From NCBI GenBank assembly GCA_020833005.1, contig JAJHRD010000003.1:63567-127566 (forward strand): 64,000 nucleotides of DNA, given 5' to 3'. This DNA comes from Thermoproteota archaeon. GTDB lineage: Archaea; Thermoproteota; Methanomethylicia; Culexarchaeales; Culexarchaeaceae. Made by a program: the position numbers and the translations under genes. Each line of letters begins with the position of its first letter. Positions within the stretch are counted from its first letter, which is position 1. The notes below the pieces were generated by a model that saw only the letters and a program-made list of their open reading frames with translations, was not told the DNA's origin and made no database searches. This document shows positions 47,809 to 58,196 of this stretch, piece after piece.

Positions 47809-49612
47809 ATACAAGAAATACTTCCCATACAAGGAATTCAGGTATGGGCAACTGGAAGCTATAAGGGAAGCTGCAGAAATAGTGACAGTTAAAGGGCACT
47901 TAATATTGAGAGCACCATCTGGATTTGGTAAAACGATAACCATGCTCACAGCCATACTACCAATACTTGAAAGGGAATCTGATAGCAAATTAATGTGGCT
48001 TTGTAGAACAAGTAGAGAGAATAATAGGGTTATAGAGGAATTGAAGAAGATCAATGATATTCCAGGAAGCATAAATGGGATAGTCATAGAGGCTAGAGCA
48101 AAACTCTGCATAAAAGATGTGGATCGGGATTTAAAGAAAGATCATGAGGCATTCTCAATATTATGCTCAGAATTGAAGAGGCAAGGTAAATGTGAATACC
48201 ATAATAAATTGAAGATTGAAAGTGTGAAACTACCACAGATATGTGGGGTTAGAGAACTCATGGAAATATGTGAAGAGAATGAAGTATGCCCATATGAAGT
48301 TGCAAAGAGGAGGATACCTAACTCAAGAATAGTGGTAGCAAATTACAACTACATTTTAATACCCCAAATACTTAAAACCCTAAACACAAAACTGGATAAT
48401 TCAATATTAGTGGTGGATGAAGCGCATAACCTACCAGAAGTTGCAACTGAAATGGAAGTTGAGAAGGTAACTGTGAGAGGATTAGATGAAACATCACTTG
48501 AAATGATGAGGGAGGGGGTAGAGGAATACAAATGGATAATTGATGAAATGCTAAAGGTTATGGAGAAGAGTGGAGAGGATAGAGTTGTGGATAAAATTTA
48601 CTTGAAAAATATTCTTGAGGAGAAATGTGGTAGTCTAAGTCAATTGGCATCAACACTAATTAAAATTGGAGATAATGTGAGACGTAGAATAGCAAGAAGT
48701 GGGGGGAAACCAGTATCACACATACATCACTTGGGAAGATTTCTAATGAAGTTACATGAAACTTTAGGTAAAGATGAATACGAATTATTCTCTGGAAATG
48801 GTGAAATGTGGATAGAATGCTTCGACCCATCAAACATAGTGAAGAGAATGTACAAAATGTTTAGAGCCACAATAAGCATGTCTGGAACAATCAATGAAAA
48901 TTACGGTGAATTAGTGGGATTAGAGAATTACAGATACATAGAGGTAAGCTACATTGAGAAAGGAAATACCCTTCCAATACTAGTTCCAAATGTAACCACA
49001 GATTATGATATGAGGGGGCCTAAAATGTACCAGAAGATATGCGAGTACATATCCATAGTTGCGGAAAACATCAACACTGGGATAGGCGTATTCACAGCAT
49101 CATACGAAGTGTTGGAGGGACTATTAAATGCAGGTATAAGAAGCATTAGGAAGCCAATGTACATAGAAAGCCGAAATGAAAGCCCTAAGATAAATGAGTG
49201 GAAAATAGAGGAGTATAAGAGGATGGCGAAAACTGGCGGCGCAGTATACGTTGGAGTATGTGGTGGAAGAGCAAGTGAGGGGGAGGATTTCCCGGGGGAG
49301 GAAATGGACATAGTACTACTAGTTGGAATACCATTCCCAGAACCATCAATAAGAATGCGGAAGAGGAATGAATACTATGAGAAGAGATTTGGGGAGAATG
49401 GTAGCTTATACAGCTACATTATACCATCAATATGGAAAGCTGCACAAGCAGCGGGTAGAGTTATAAGGGGACCTGAAGATAGAGGTGCAATAATATATTT
49501 AGATGAGAGATACAAGAGATACATTAAACTACTACCAGAATGGCTGAGACCAAGGAAAATTGTGAGGGAACCAGAACAATTGAAGGAAGAGTTAACACTA
49601 TTCTTTACATAG
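47759..49612 (+). CDS. xpd: XPD/Rad3-family 5'-3' DNA helicase (FeS domain present); TTG start, overlapping the upstream ATPase gene by about 50 nt
   Basis: N-terminal FPY-KEFRYGQLEAI, Walker A APSGFGKT, DEAH box VVDEAHNL, 4-Cys FeS insertion (C...C..C...C) and HD2 motifs. Confidence 0.85.
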   Translation: MKNGLRRHYQKLSTNNEYKKYFPYKEFRYGQLEAIREAAEIVTVKGHLILRAPSGFGKTITMLTAILPILERESDSKLMWLCRTSRENNRVIEELKKINDIPGSINGIVIEARAKLCIKDVDRDLKKDHEAFSILCSELKRQGKCEYHNKLKIESVKLPQICGVRELMEICEENEVCPYEVAKRRIPNSRIVVANYNYILIPQILKTLNTKLDNSILVVDEAHNLPEVATEMEVEKVTVRGLDETSLEMMREGVEEYKWIIDEMLKVMEKSGEDRVVDKIYLKNILEEKCGSLSQLASTLIKIGDNVRRRIARSGGKPVSHIHHLGRFLMKLHETLGKDEYELFSGNGEMWIECFDPSNIVKRMYKMFRATISMSGTINENYGELVGLENYRYIEVSYIEKGNTLPILVPNVTTDYDMRGPKMYQKICEYISIVAENINTGIGVFTASYEVLEGLLNAGIRSIRKPMYIESRNESPKINEWKIEEYKRMAKTGGAVYVGVCGGRASEGEDFPGEEMDIVLLVGIPFPEPSIRMRKRNEYYEKRFGENGSLYSYIIPSIWKAAQAAGRVIRGPEDRGAIIYLDERYKRYIKLLPEWLRPRKIVREPEQLKEELTLFFT

Positions 49613-49661
49613 GACAACACATATAAATGTGTTGAATGACGTATATGCTATTGGATGATTA

Positions 49662-50042
49662 ATGAAGAATGTAGAAGAGGAAGAAGGTATAATAGAAATT
49701 TTAACTGCAAATCAAGAGAGATTTAGAATAAAATTACTGAGAGCAGTAGCCCCATTTACAGTATCACAGATAATGAGGAAACTCCCATTGAAATCCACAA
49801 TAATTGTACATGAAGGTAAAATGTATATACCATTGGATGTGGATGCTAAGATGGATAAAACAGTGAGGAGAGCTGTGAGGGGGGACGTAACATACTCCAC
49901 CATAAGCAAATCAATGATAATATACATGAAGGATTCAGAAATCCCAAAACCTGAAATAAAATTGGGGCAAGCATTAGACATTGAAGGATTAAGTAAGATG
50001 AAGAGTGGTACAAGCATAATACTGAAGGGTGGATATAAATGA
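49662..50042 (+). CDS. Hypothetical 126-aa protein translationally coupled (4-nt overlap) to the anaerobic RNR activase
   Basis: Coding-like composition; no recognisable motif. Confidence 0.35.
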   Translation: MKNVEEEEGIIEILTANQERFRIKLLRAVAPFTVSQIMRKLPLKSTIIVHEGKMYIPLDVDAKMDKTVRRAVRGDVTYSTISKSMIIYMKDSEIPKPEIKLGQALDIEGLSKMKSGTSIILKGGYK

Positions 50043-50842
50043 TGATTTACATAGCTGGGATGAGGGATTTAAGCTTAATAGACTACCCAAGACATCCATG
50101 TATCGTTATATGGTTCCAAGGATGCAATTTCCGATGCCAATACTGCTACAACTACGAGCTATGGGAATGGAAAGCGGAAAACATGATGAAAATAGATGAA
50201 CTAATGAGGAGATTGGAGGAAGCAAGCAGATGGGTTGAAGCATGCAAGATAACTGGTGGAGAACCAACACTACAACCAGAAGCATTGGAAATTATTGGTG
50301 AAAAATGTAGGGAAATTGGATTAAAATTTGGGATAGATACCAATGGGACAAACCCAAAATCAATACAACAATTAGCTAGCAAAAGATTGCTGAATCATGT
50401 GGCAATAGATTTGAAAGCCCCACTAAACGTAGAGGACTATAGTAAGCTGACCAATATAAATGTAACTGAAAGTGATATAGAAAACATAAGGAAATCAATA
50501 AAATTAGCCTTAGAAGAAGGTAGTATAGAAAACGTTGAAATAAGGATACCAATAGTAAGGGGATTTAATGATGACCCAAGCAAGACTATTGAAATGAAGA
50601 AGGATCTAATAGACATCGGATACCTTAAAGCCATAGAAGAGGGGAGGGATGTAAGCATAGAGTTGCTGGAAGTAATGCATGAAGTTGCTGCAAATAAAAA
50701 CTTGAGATTACAGAAGAATCTAACGGTAGAGGAGATTGTGAAGTTTGGTGAATTGCTGAACTTGCCAAAAATCTATATTAGGCATAGGAGTTTAGGTTTA
50801 AGGGAAAGTTTAGCAAACGCTAAGAGGATGATTAAAGTTTAA
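50039..50842 (+). CDS. nrdG: Anaerobic ribonucleoside-triphosphate reductase activating enzyme (radical SAM, NrdG-type)
   Basis: Radical SAM motif GCNFRCQYCYN (Cx3Cx2C) near the N-terminus. Convergent with nrdD. Confidence 0.8.
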   Translation: MMIYIAGMRDLSLIDYPRHPCIVIWFQGCNFRCQYCYNYELWEWKAENMMKIDELMRRLEEASRWVEACKITGGEPTLQPEALEIIGEKCREIGLKFGIDTNGTNPKSIQQLASKRLLNHVAIDLKAPLNVEDYSKLTNINVTESDIENIRKSIKLALEEGSIENVEIRIPIVRGFNDDPSKTIEMKKDLIDIGYLKAIEEGRDVSIELLEVMHEVAANKNLRLQKNLTVEEIVKFGELLNLPKIYIRHRSLGLRESLANAKRMIKV

Positions 50843-53090
50843 TTCTATATCTATCCTTCAACTCCTGCTTCTTAGCCATATTCCATCCACTAACATCTTG
50901 ATAATATCCGGTAACCCTACTCCACCACTTAACATTTGATGAACCGCAATTTGGGCATCTATCATTGAGTAGAGGTGATACCGTGGCACAATCGTTGCAT
51001 ATGGTTAGATCTTTCGTGTAAGCGAAATACCCTATCTGAGTTTCAGTGGCGATTTTCTTAGTGACCTTGAATAAGGCTTCAGCATCTGGATAAGCTTCCC
51101 CAAGCCAAACATGAAATATGTTTCCACCAGATAGTAGTGGGAAGAACTTATGCTCAATATCTATCTTCTTAGCCAAAGGAATATTTGCACCAACATAAAC
51201 ATGTGTGCCATTACTATAGTATACGGGGACATCTCTCTCGCCGGAATCAAGCATCTTACGGGCAGCTTCCAAATCCCCCTTAACAACCTTCTTAGCCATA
51301 TCTGAAAATTCTGGTGAAATTAGATCTGCAACTGCAAGTCTCTGTGCACAACTCTCAGCAGGGGTTCTAGCCAATGCAATCTTATAATTAAGCTTAGATT
51401 GCAATTCATCCCTATATTTACGCATAGCTAAGATAACTTTAACCAAGATTTTTACAGCTTCATTAGATTCATGCAATTGATATCCAGTATGCCACTGTGC
51501 CATTTCATTACCCCCAACCAACCCTATCACGAAAACAAGATTATTGAAGTCGACGGCTGGGGGGCCTCTACGACCAGTCTTCAAATCCAATGGTTGCTGT
51601 GTGGCGAAGGGTAAACGTCCATTCTTAATCATAATATCCATCCACTTCAATTTAGCTTTAAATACATCGAAAGCTAGATCCATTAATCTATAAACCTCTT
51701 CAATGAGCTTATCATCATCACCCTTAGCTCTATAAGCAGCTCTTGGGAGATTTAAGCTTACCACTTGCCAAGCACCCATACTGAAGTGTTTGCCATCAAC
51801 GAAATACATTTTATCATTAAACAATGGATCACTATCAGGAGTTTCAGTGAATGAGTATGCACAACACTGATAGCATGAAACACCCTTCCCATACCCCCTA
51901 TATGGTGGTAAAGCATTATCAAAGTATGGGGAGCCAAACTTGGAAACAACCTTATGCACCAGCATCCACTCATCATAATACTCATCCTTAAAGGCTTCAG
52001 GGGTTATATATGTTTCAAGCTTTGGGAAGTTGAAGGGTTTACCCCAATAATCACCTTTCAAAGCAACTTCATATATAGCTCTAAAGAACATTCTAGCCTC
52101 ATCCTCAAAGCTACCATAAGTGTCTTCTCCAATCATCCCCCTATACACAACAGGCTTATCACGCCAAATCTCTGGAATTGTTGGGGAGAGTTGAATGTTG
52201 GAGAAGACGAGTTGCCCACCCCTAGCAACGTAACATTGAGTTAACTCATAAAACATCATTTGAGCCAACTGCTTAATCTCGTCGTAGGATAACCCCTCCA
52301 TAAATGGAGCTAGAAACACATTATAATTGTAGAATCCTTGACCACCAGCAAAGTTTGTTTGAGCTGCAGCTAAAACCTTAACGGAATGGAGTATTGCAAC
52401 TTCAGGATGCTTTGCAGGTCCAGCTACACTGGTTTTGAAGCCAGTTCCATCTGGCATTAATCCATAGTATAGGAAGTATCTCAAATCATGATCTTGACAG
52501 AATGGTCTAGTCCCGAAATACTCTAAATCATGTATGTGTATGTCGCCACGTAGATGGGCATCAGCTATATGTATTGGAAGTAGAAGTAGATACTGCTCCT
52601 TAGAAAGCTTATCAGCCTTCTTCTTATGGGAAGTCTCAGGGTTTGGTTGGAGGTTAGCATTCTCCTTAGCTTCAAATCCAAGTCCAATATCAATTAGATA
52701 TGCATCATAAACTGGGGCTCCAACCCTAGTTAAAACGTTCCTATAAACTATGTATGCAGGCTTATTATTAGACCATTCTAGAAGAATATTGTTTACAACC
52801 TCCCTAATTAGCGGAGCACTAACGAAGAATCCCCCCATACGCTTAATTCTACGTTCAGCCTCCAAAGCTATGGCTTCAGCTTCACTTCTACTTATTGGTG
52901 GGATTCCGAAGAATTCCTCAGCCAATCTAGTTTCATTTAGAAGTTGCTTTACAATCTTAGATCTATCCCAAGGCTCAAAATATCCACTACTAGTTCTAAC
53001 AAGTATTGTTTCATTATTACCATTATCCTTCTTGAAATTTCCTAAGGATTTATCCACCCAACCATTATATCCATTAAGCCAATCCACCAT
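50832..53090 (-). CDS. nrdD: Anaerobic (class III) ribonucleoside-triphosphate reductase NrdD with N-terminal ATP-cone
   Basis: ATP-cone ILVRTSSGYFEPWDRSKI. C-terminal Zn ribbon CNDC...CPNCG. Glycyl-radical motif SRVTGYY at the extreme C-terminus. Confidence 0.9.
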   Translation of the reverse strand: MVDWLNGYNGWVDKSLGNFKKDNGNNETILVRTSSGYFEPWDRSKIVKQLLNETRLAEEFFGIPPISRSEAEAIALEAERRIKRMGGFFVSAPLIREVVNNILLEWSNNKPAYIVYRNVLTRVGAPVYDAYLIDIGLGFEAKENANLQPNPETSHKKKADKLSKEQYLLLLPIHIADAHLRGDIHIHDLEYFGTRPFCQDHDLRYFLYYGLMPDGTGFKTSVAGPAKHPEVAILHSVKVLAAAQTNFAGGQGFYNYNVFLAPFMEGLSYDEIKQLAQMMFYELTQCYVARGGQLVFSNIQLSPTIPEIWRDKPVVYRGMIGEDTYGSFEDEARMFFRAIYEVALKGDYWGKPFNFPKLETYITPEAFKDEYYDEWMLVHKVVSKFGSPYFDNALPPYRGYGKGVSCYQCCAYSFTETPDSDPLFNDKMYFVDGKHFSMGAWQVVSLNLPRAAYRAKGDDDKLIEEVYRLMDLAFDVFKAKLKWMDIMIKNGRLPFATQQPLDLKTGRRGPPAVDFNNLVFVIGLVGGNEMAQWHTGYQLHESNEAVKILVKVILAMRKYRDELQSKLNYKIALARTPAESCAQRLAVADLISPEFSDMAKKVVKGDLEAARKMLDSGERDVPVYYSNGTHVYVGANIPLAKKIDIEHKFFPLLSGGNIFHVWLGEAYPDAEALFKVTKKIATETQIGYFAYTKDLTICNDCATVSPLLNDRCPNCGSSNVKWWSRVTGYYQDVSGWNMAKKQELKDRYRIKL

Positions 53091-53093
53091 AAT

Positions 53094-53354
53094 TCAACAC
53101 CTCCCCAAAATCTTTAAAATAAAATCCCTCTTCAAACTTGAAGATTCAAAAAGGTCATTTACGAAGTAATATTTACCATCAACCTCAAGTATTGGGACGG
53201 AAGTTGCAAAAACATTGTTCATTATCAGTTCAGTCATAACATCTATATCTGAAACATCCCTCTCAACATACTCAACCCCAATACTCGCTAAGAAATTCTT
53301 TAACGCTAAACATAGTGGACAATTAGGAGCTGTATATACCTTTACAGTCAACAT
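53094..53354 (-). CDS. Glutaredoxin/NrdH-like thioredoxin-fold redoxin
   Basis: CPLC active-site motif at the N-terminus of an 86-aa Trx fold. Immediately upstream of nrdD on the same strand. Confidence 0.6.
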   Translation of the reverse strand: MLTVKVYTAPNCPLCLALKNFLASIGVEYVERDVSDIDVMTELIMNNVFATSVPILEVDGKYYFVNDLFESSSLKRDFILKILGRC

Positions 53355-53587
53355 ACATCAATATATTTAAACTAACTACTCTAAAAGTTTAGTGTTTTTA
53401 ATATTGTTTAAACATGCACTATAGGATTCGGTGAGACATGATAATCTTGAAATTTAATTAAACGTTTAAAGGGGGGTTCACGTTTAGAGAGGTTTAAAAA
53501 CCATTTAATAGAATAACCATTGTGGAGTCATGGAAAAACATAGTTATAATTTGAGGGGAAACTTGTAAAGCAAGCAAAAAATTTGGG

Positions 53588-53944
53588 TTAACTGATTTTC
53601 AGAAAACTTGGTTTCCCCTTCAATCTAATTATTGGAACTGCAATCCACCCTGGTTGCACACCATTAGAAGTCTTAATGAATTCACCAGATTCTTCGCTTC
53701 TCACTAAGAGGTATTTCCCATCAATTGGGGTTTTACTCTCATAGTAATAGAAAACTGGAACACCATACCACTTGTAATAATCCCTATATATGGCTATGAC
53801 CCCAATGTAATTTAAACCATTATATTCAAAATGCAGTGCATAGGCAGGTTGACCTAAACCAGCAATGGAAGCCATAAACCTAGCCAGATCCTCTAAACCC
53901 TCCACTTGCATGGGTATTGGTGGGGGAATTTCCTCCAAACTCAT
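53588..53944 (-). CDS. Hypothetical protein
   Basis: Coding-like composition; no motif recognised. Confidence 0.3.
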   Translation of the reverse strand: MSLEEIPPPIPMQVEGLEDLARFMASIAGLGQPAYALHFEYNGLNYIGVIAIYRDYYKWYGVPVFYYYESKTPIDGKYLLVRSEESGEFIKTSNGVQPGWIAVPIIRLKGKPSFLKIS

Positions 53945-53979
53945 CTAATACACCAATAACTATGAAGATTTTGGCTATA

Positions 53980-55164
53980 TTAATGTTTCCCAAGGGAATC
54001 CATGACGAATCGCTTAATTATCTCCACACCCCTCCTTATTTCATCAATGGATGTAGCATAGGAAAGCCTTAAATGTCCCTCCCCACCAGATCCGAAGGCA
54101 CCCCCCGGAACCGTTACAACACCATAATCTAAAAGTTTATCTGCAAGTTCAATGGAGTTAGATGATATTTTGGATAGATCTGGAAATACGTAGAATGCCC
54201 CCCTTGGAGTTGGACACCTTATACCCTCAATGGAATTCAATTCCCTAACCAGTAAACGCCTCCTATTATCATATTCTTTAACCATTAGATCAACGCAACT
54301 CTGATCCCCCAATAACGCTACAACACCAGCATATTGAACAAAGGATGAGGGGCATGTGGTTATGTTCTGCTGTATTTTATCCATACCATCAATGACTTCT
54401 TTAGGGGCTATTGTGAAGCCAAGCCTCCACCCAGTCATAGCGTAAGCCTTAGAGAAGCCATCAACAACTACCAATCTATCCCTCAACTCATTGAAGCACA
54501 GCATCGTGAAGGGTTTCTCGCCATCGTAAACTAGCATCCGATAAATTTCATCAGATACCACGTATAAGTCATGGTCTACAGCTAAATCAGATATAACCTT
54601 CAATTCATCTCTACTCAGAACACCACCTGTGGGATTATTTGGAGAGCAAAAGAGAATGACCTTACTCCTACCTGTTATGGCCCTCTTTAAAGCTTCTTCA
54701 TTAAGTTTAAAGGAATCACCACAATTAACTTCAACAACCCTCCCACCAGCAGACTCCACACATTGCCAATATGTTGGCCATGCAGGGGTTAGAAGTATAA
54801 CTTCATCACCAGAATCAACAAGGCATTGTATAGCTGCATATAATGAAAATTTGGAGCCAGGGGTAACTATAACTTCACTATTTGGATTCACATCCACATG
54901 GAAATACTGCTTATAGTATTTGGATATGGCTTCTCTAAGCTCAATTATACCCTTAGAAGATGTGTAATGTGTAAACCCCTTCTCTAAAGCTTCAATACAT
55001 GCCTTCTTAATGTGGGCTGGGGTATCGAAGTCAGGTTCACCTATACTTAGATCAACAAGCTTCTTACCTTGAGCTTTAAGCTTCCTAGCTTTCTCGCTAA
55101 CACTTAGAGTTGGTGATGGTTGTAGGGCAGTTATCCTTGATGCAAGTTTCCTCAAGAATACCAC
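53980..55164 (-). CDS. PLP-dependent aspartate aminotransferase (class I aminotransferase)
   Basis: SKAYAMTGWRLGF (Lys of the internal aldimine) and NPTG motif SPNNPTGG. 394 aa. Confidence 0.85.
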   Translation of the reverse strand: MVFLRKLASRITALQPSPTLSVSEKARKLKAQGKKLVDLSIGEPDFDTPAHIKKACIEALEKGFTHYTSSKGIIELREAISKYYKQYFHVDVNPNSEVIVTPGSKFSLYAAIQCLVDSGDEVILLTPAWPTYWQCVESAGGRVVEVNCGDSFKLNEEALKRAITGRSKVILFCSPNNPTGGVLSRDELKVISDLAVDHDLYVVSDEIYRMLVYDGEKPFTMLCFNELRDRLVVVDGFSKAYAMTGWRLGFTIAPKEVIDGMDKIQQNITTCPSSFVQYAGVVALLGDQSCVDLMVKEYDNRRRLLVRELNSIEGIRCPTPRGAFYVFPDLSKISSNSIELADKLLDYGVVTVPGGAFGSGGEGHLRLSYATSIDEIRRGVEIIKRFVMDSLGKH

Positions 55165-55249
55165 TGGATAATGTTTTGATGAAAATATCTTTTAAAAGTT
55201 TCTAAAATAAAGAATGGGATTAATTGATTTACCCAGCACTATATGTCAA

Positions 55250-55531
55250 TTACTTCCTAATCAGCGTTATCTCCATGGTAGAAACCCTTCTAGCCTGATC
55301 CCCCTGACCCACAGTTTCAGAGCCTATGGTTATATTCTTGACCTCCACTTGTCCAGGTAGAAACCTATTTTTAACTATTTGTGCAACGTCGACAGCCTTA
55401 CTTATAGCTCTACCACGCGCCTTTATAACAACTTCATCTGCACCTTGATTGAATTGCACTAGCGCCGCTAAAACATAGTTCATAGCCCCCTTCTTCCCTA
55501 TCAATACGACATTGCTTTGCTGTCCAGCCAT
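55250..55531 (-). CDS. alba: Chromatin protein Alba (Sso10b family)
   Basis: [22 protein letters not shown]...[24 protein letters not shown] is near-consensus Alba. Confidence 0.9.
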   Translation of the reverse strand: MAGQQSNVVLIGKKGAMNYVLAALVQFNQGADEVVIKARGRAISKAVDVAQIVKNRFLPGQVEVKNITIGSETVGQGDQARRVSTMEITLIRK

Positions 55532-55596
55532 CAAAATCCCTCCAACACTCACTAATAATGAGCCTAAAATAGGTTAAAGACAATTTTATTTAAATT

Positions 55597-55920
55597 TTAC
55601 TCAAATATTGATTGCTCCATACTCTTAATGAATTCCCTAGCTTTCTCAAAAACCTTAATACCCTTATCTGTAACCCTATAATAGGATGTGCCGCCACTAC
55701 TAAACTTCTCCAGCAAACCCTCCCTCACCATCCTATATATCACTGCATAAACTGTTATTGTTGATGGATTAAAATTGAACTTCTCAGATATGGCTTTCTT
55801 AATGGCATAACCATACATTGGTTCAGAACGTAAAACGCTAATTATGTAGAGCCAAAGATTCTCCTTAGTCAATTTCCTAACAAGCCTCTCATAAGCCAAG
55901 GGGACACCATTAAAATACAC
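55597..55920 (-). CDS. PadR-family winged-helix transcriptional regulator
   Basis: LWLYIISVLRSEPMYGYAIKKAISEKF...TVYAVIYRMVREGLL matches the PadR motif. Confidence 0.75.
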   Translation of the reverse strand: MYFNGVPLAYERLVRKLTKENLWLYIISVLRSEPMYGYAIKKAISEKFNFNPSTITVYAVIYRMVREGLLEKFSSGGTSYYRVTDKGIKVFEKAREFIKSMEQSIFE

Positions 55921-55993
55921 TATTTATTTACAGAAATATTTTATGCAAAACATTTTAGAGTTATGAATGTGAAAATTAATTGAAGGTGGAAAA

Positions 55994-56506
55994 TTGAGTG
56001 AAGAAGATAAGGAGAGGGAGAAGCTAAAAAGCTTATTAAAGGAGAGGATAGATCAACTTAGCAAGGAAGTGGAAATACTTAAGATGTGCCTAGAAATATT
56101 GAGTGAAAAGCCCACAGCAGCCCAGCAGAAGACAAGCGAAACAAAAGTGGAGATGAAAGTTGAAAAACCAGTACAGAAGGCAAAAACCCCTGAAAGGAAG
56201 CTCTTAACAAGTATAAGTGAGGGGGGAGAAAACATTGCAAACATATATGTGGAGGAGGACAAGATAATAGTGGTTCCCGGGAAGAACGTGAAGGTTGATG
56301 TGAACTCAAGAGACTTCAAAGACTTCTTCGTAAAGAAGGTTTTATTCGGTTTGAAGAAGGAGAAGCCTTCAATATCATATGAAGTTAAGGATGTAAATGG
56401 AACTTTAAAGGAAGTTATAATAAAGAATGTTACTGAAGAGAGGGATGTAAAGAGGATTGAGGGAGCGGTGAAATGGACTTTCAGTAGATTTATATCTAAG
56501 CCTTAA
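55994..56506 (+). CDS. Hypothetical protein with N-terminal coiled coil
   Basis: TTG start. N-terminal heptad-like region; no motif recognised. Confidence 0.3.
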   Translation: MSEEDKEREKLKSLLKERIDQLSKEVEILKMCLEILSEKPTAAQQKTSETKVEMKVEKPVQKAKTPERKLLTSISEGGENIANIYVEEDKIIVVPGKNVKVDVNSRDFKDFFVKKVLFGLKKEKPSISYEVKDVNGTLKEVIIKNVTEERDVKRIEGAVKWTFSRFISKP

Positions 56507-57056
56507 ACCAGTTGAAGGAGATGTAGGTAACCTCATTGGTGGCTGGATTTATCATTGCAATAATGAAATTCTTCTTAACACTATGGGAAAGCCTCCCAGC
56601 ACGAACAATATCCACTGGATCAAGCTTCTCATTCATTGGAAGAACCTCAACTAAGAATGGTGCATGATCAATTCCAGGTCCATGAACATAAACTGCAAAA
56701 TCAGCTCCAAACTTCATACCAGACCTAACCACATACCCCTTACTCCTCAAATCACAATAAACGGTGTAGAGTTCATTAAACAACTTATGTTTACTTTTAA
56801 CAATGGATAAAACTTCACTTCTACTAAGAACCTTATCACCATCAACTATTGATATAACCCCCTTATCGAGGAGGTATAATGCCTCTATTGGCGATAATAC
56901 TAGGGGGGAATTGAAGTTTAAATCCTTAGGTTTCCTAACCTTAATTGGCATACCATAAAATCCATTGGCATAAAGCCACCTACTGGCTTCAAAATCCCAA
57001 ACCACAAAGTTTCCTCCAACCCATTCAACCACTATTGGCTTGGAGGGGGTTGCCAT
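56496..57056 (-). CDS. endA: tRNA-splicing endonuclease catalytic subunit
   Basis: Catalytic region GMKFGADFAVYVHGPGIDHAPFLVEV. 186 aa. Confidence 0.85.
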   Translation of the reverse strand: MATPSKPIVVEWVGGNFVVWDFEASRWLYANGFYGMPIKVRKPKDLNFNSPLVLSPIEALYLLDKGVISIVDGDKVLSRSEVLSIVKSKHKLFNELYTVYCDLRSKGYVVRSGMKFGADFAVYVHGPGIDHAPFLVEVLPMNEKLDPVDIVRAGRLSHSVKKNFIIAMINPATNEVTYISFNWFKA

Positions 57057-57125
57057 AACACATATTTACCTCCACTTACACTTAACACATTAGCAAAGTA
57101 AAAAAGGTTATGGGATGTTAGCGTC

Positions 57126-58196
57126 ATGCTGAGGAGGAGCATAATTAATAGAAGCATGCTAATGGTTATTGCATCGTACTGTGTGGGATTACTAATTGTA
57201 CTGGCATTGATAAACTATGCTGGATTCAGCAATGTCATCGGGAATATTGTGAACAAAATATCACTTCAACTATTCATAGTAACATTCCTACTCGACTTAA
57301 CTGGGCTAATATTATATGCATCAATATGGTACACGCTAATATTGGGAAGTGGGGCCAAAATAAGCTTTAGAACCGCAGTAACATCAACTTGGGCAAGCAT
57401 ATTCATAGTATACCTAAGCCCAACGGGAGTTGCAATGGAGGTATTAAAGCTTATCCTAACCAATAAAGATGGAAAAGTGCCAATAGGTAGGGGGATGGCT
57501 GCACTAACCATGCAAAGAATAATATACTCCATAAGCTTCGCTATAATAGCAACATCAAGCTACCTAATAGTACAATACAGATACATGATAATAGGGGAGA
57601 TGATTGGGAGAATAATTACTGCTTTACTAGCAATATCCATAGGAACAGTAATAGCCCTACTGATACTTGGAGAGAAGGCTGAATGGATAGAGAAAATTAT
57701 AAGCAAAATATATGAAAGGTATAGAGCCAACATAGAAAAGATGCTTTCAAAATACAATCCCACAGACATCATGAACTCAGTATCATCAACCCTAAACGAT
57801 TTCAAAGAATCATTCACAAAGTTGAAGTTGAATAAATTGCATCTATTAATAGCCTTCACACTTACAACAATCAATTGGATGACCAACGTAGCAATATTAT
57901 ATGTGGTGCTACTCTCACTTGGATATAGAGTGTCAATATGGATTTTAATGGTAATAATGGTTGCATGTGAATTCGTTCAAATGACCCCAATAGCTATACC
58001 TGGAATGCTTGGAATAATAGAAACTGTGATGACAATGGCGCTACAAACATTCGGTATACCATTGGATGTTGCAGCCACAGCTTCAGTATTGACGAGATTA
58101 GCAACATTCTGGTTCGATCTACCAGTAACTGCAACGGCAGCATCCTACTATGGTGTAAAATACCTATTGAAGGGGATGTCTAGGGAAGCGAATTAA
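57126..58196 (+). CDS. UPF0104/flippase-like (lysyl-PG synthase TM-region-like) integral membrane protein
   Basis: Eight predicted TM helices with the N-terminal pattern typical of UPF0104 (PF03706). Confidence 0.4.
   Translation: MLRRSIINRSMLMVIASYCVGLLIVLALINYAGFSNVIGNIVNKISLQLFIVTFLLDLTGLILYASIWYTLILGSGAKISFRTAVTSTWASIFIVYLSPTGVAMEVLKLILTNKDGKVPIGRGMAALTMQRIIYSISFAIIATSSYLIVQYRYMIIGEMIGRIITALLAISIGTVIALLILGEKAEWIEKIISKIYERYRANIEKMLSKYNPTDIMNSVSSTLNDFKESFTKLKLNKLHLLIAFTLTTINWMTNVAILYVVLLSLGYRVSIWILMVIMVACEFVQMTPIAIPGMLGIIETVMTMALQTFGIPLDVAATASVLTRLATFWFDLPVTATAASYYGVKYLLKGMSREAN

Noticed and set aside
53355-53587. Possible structured ncRNA in the 233-nt intergenic region
   Set aside because: AT-rich, with no GC-rich helices or known RNA motifs. 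More likely a promoter/terminator region for the flanking minus-strand genes.
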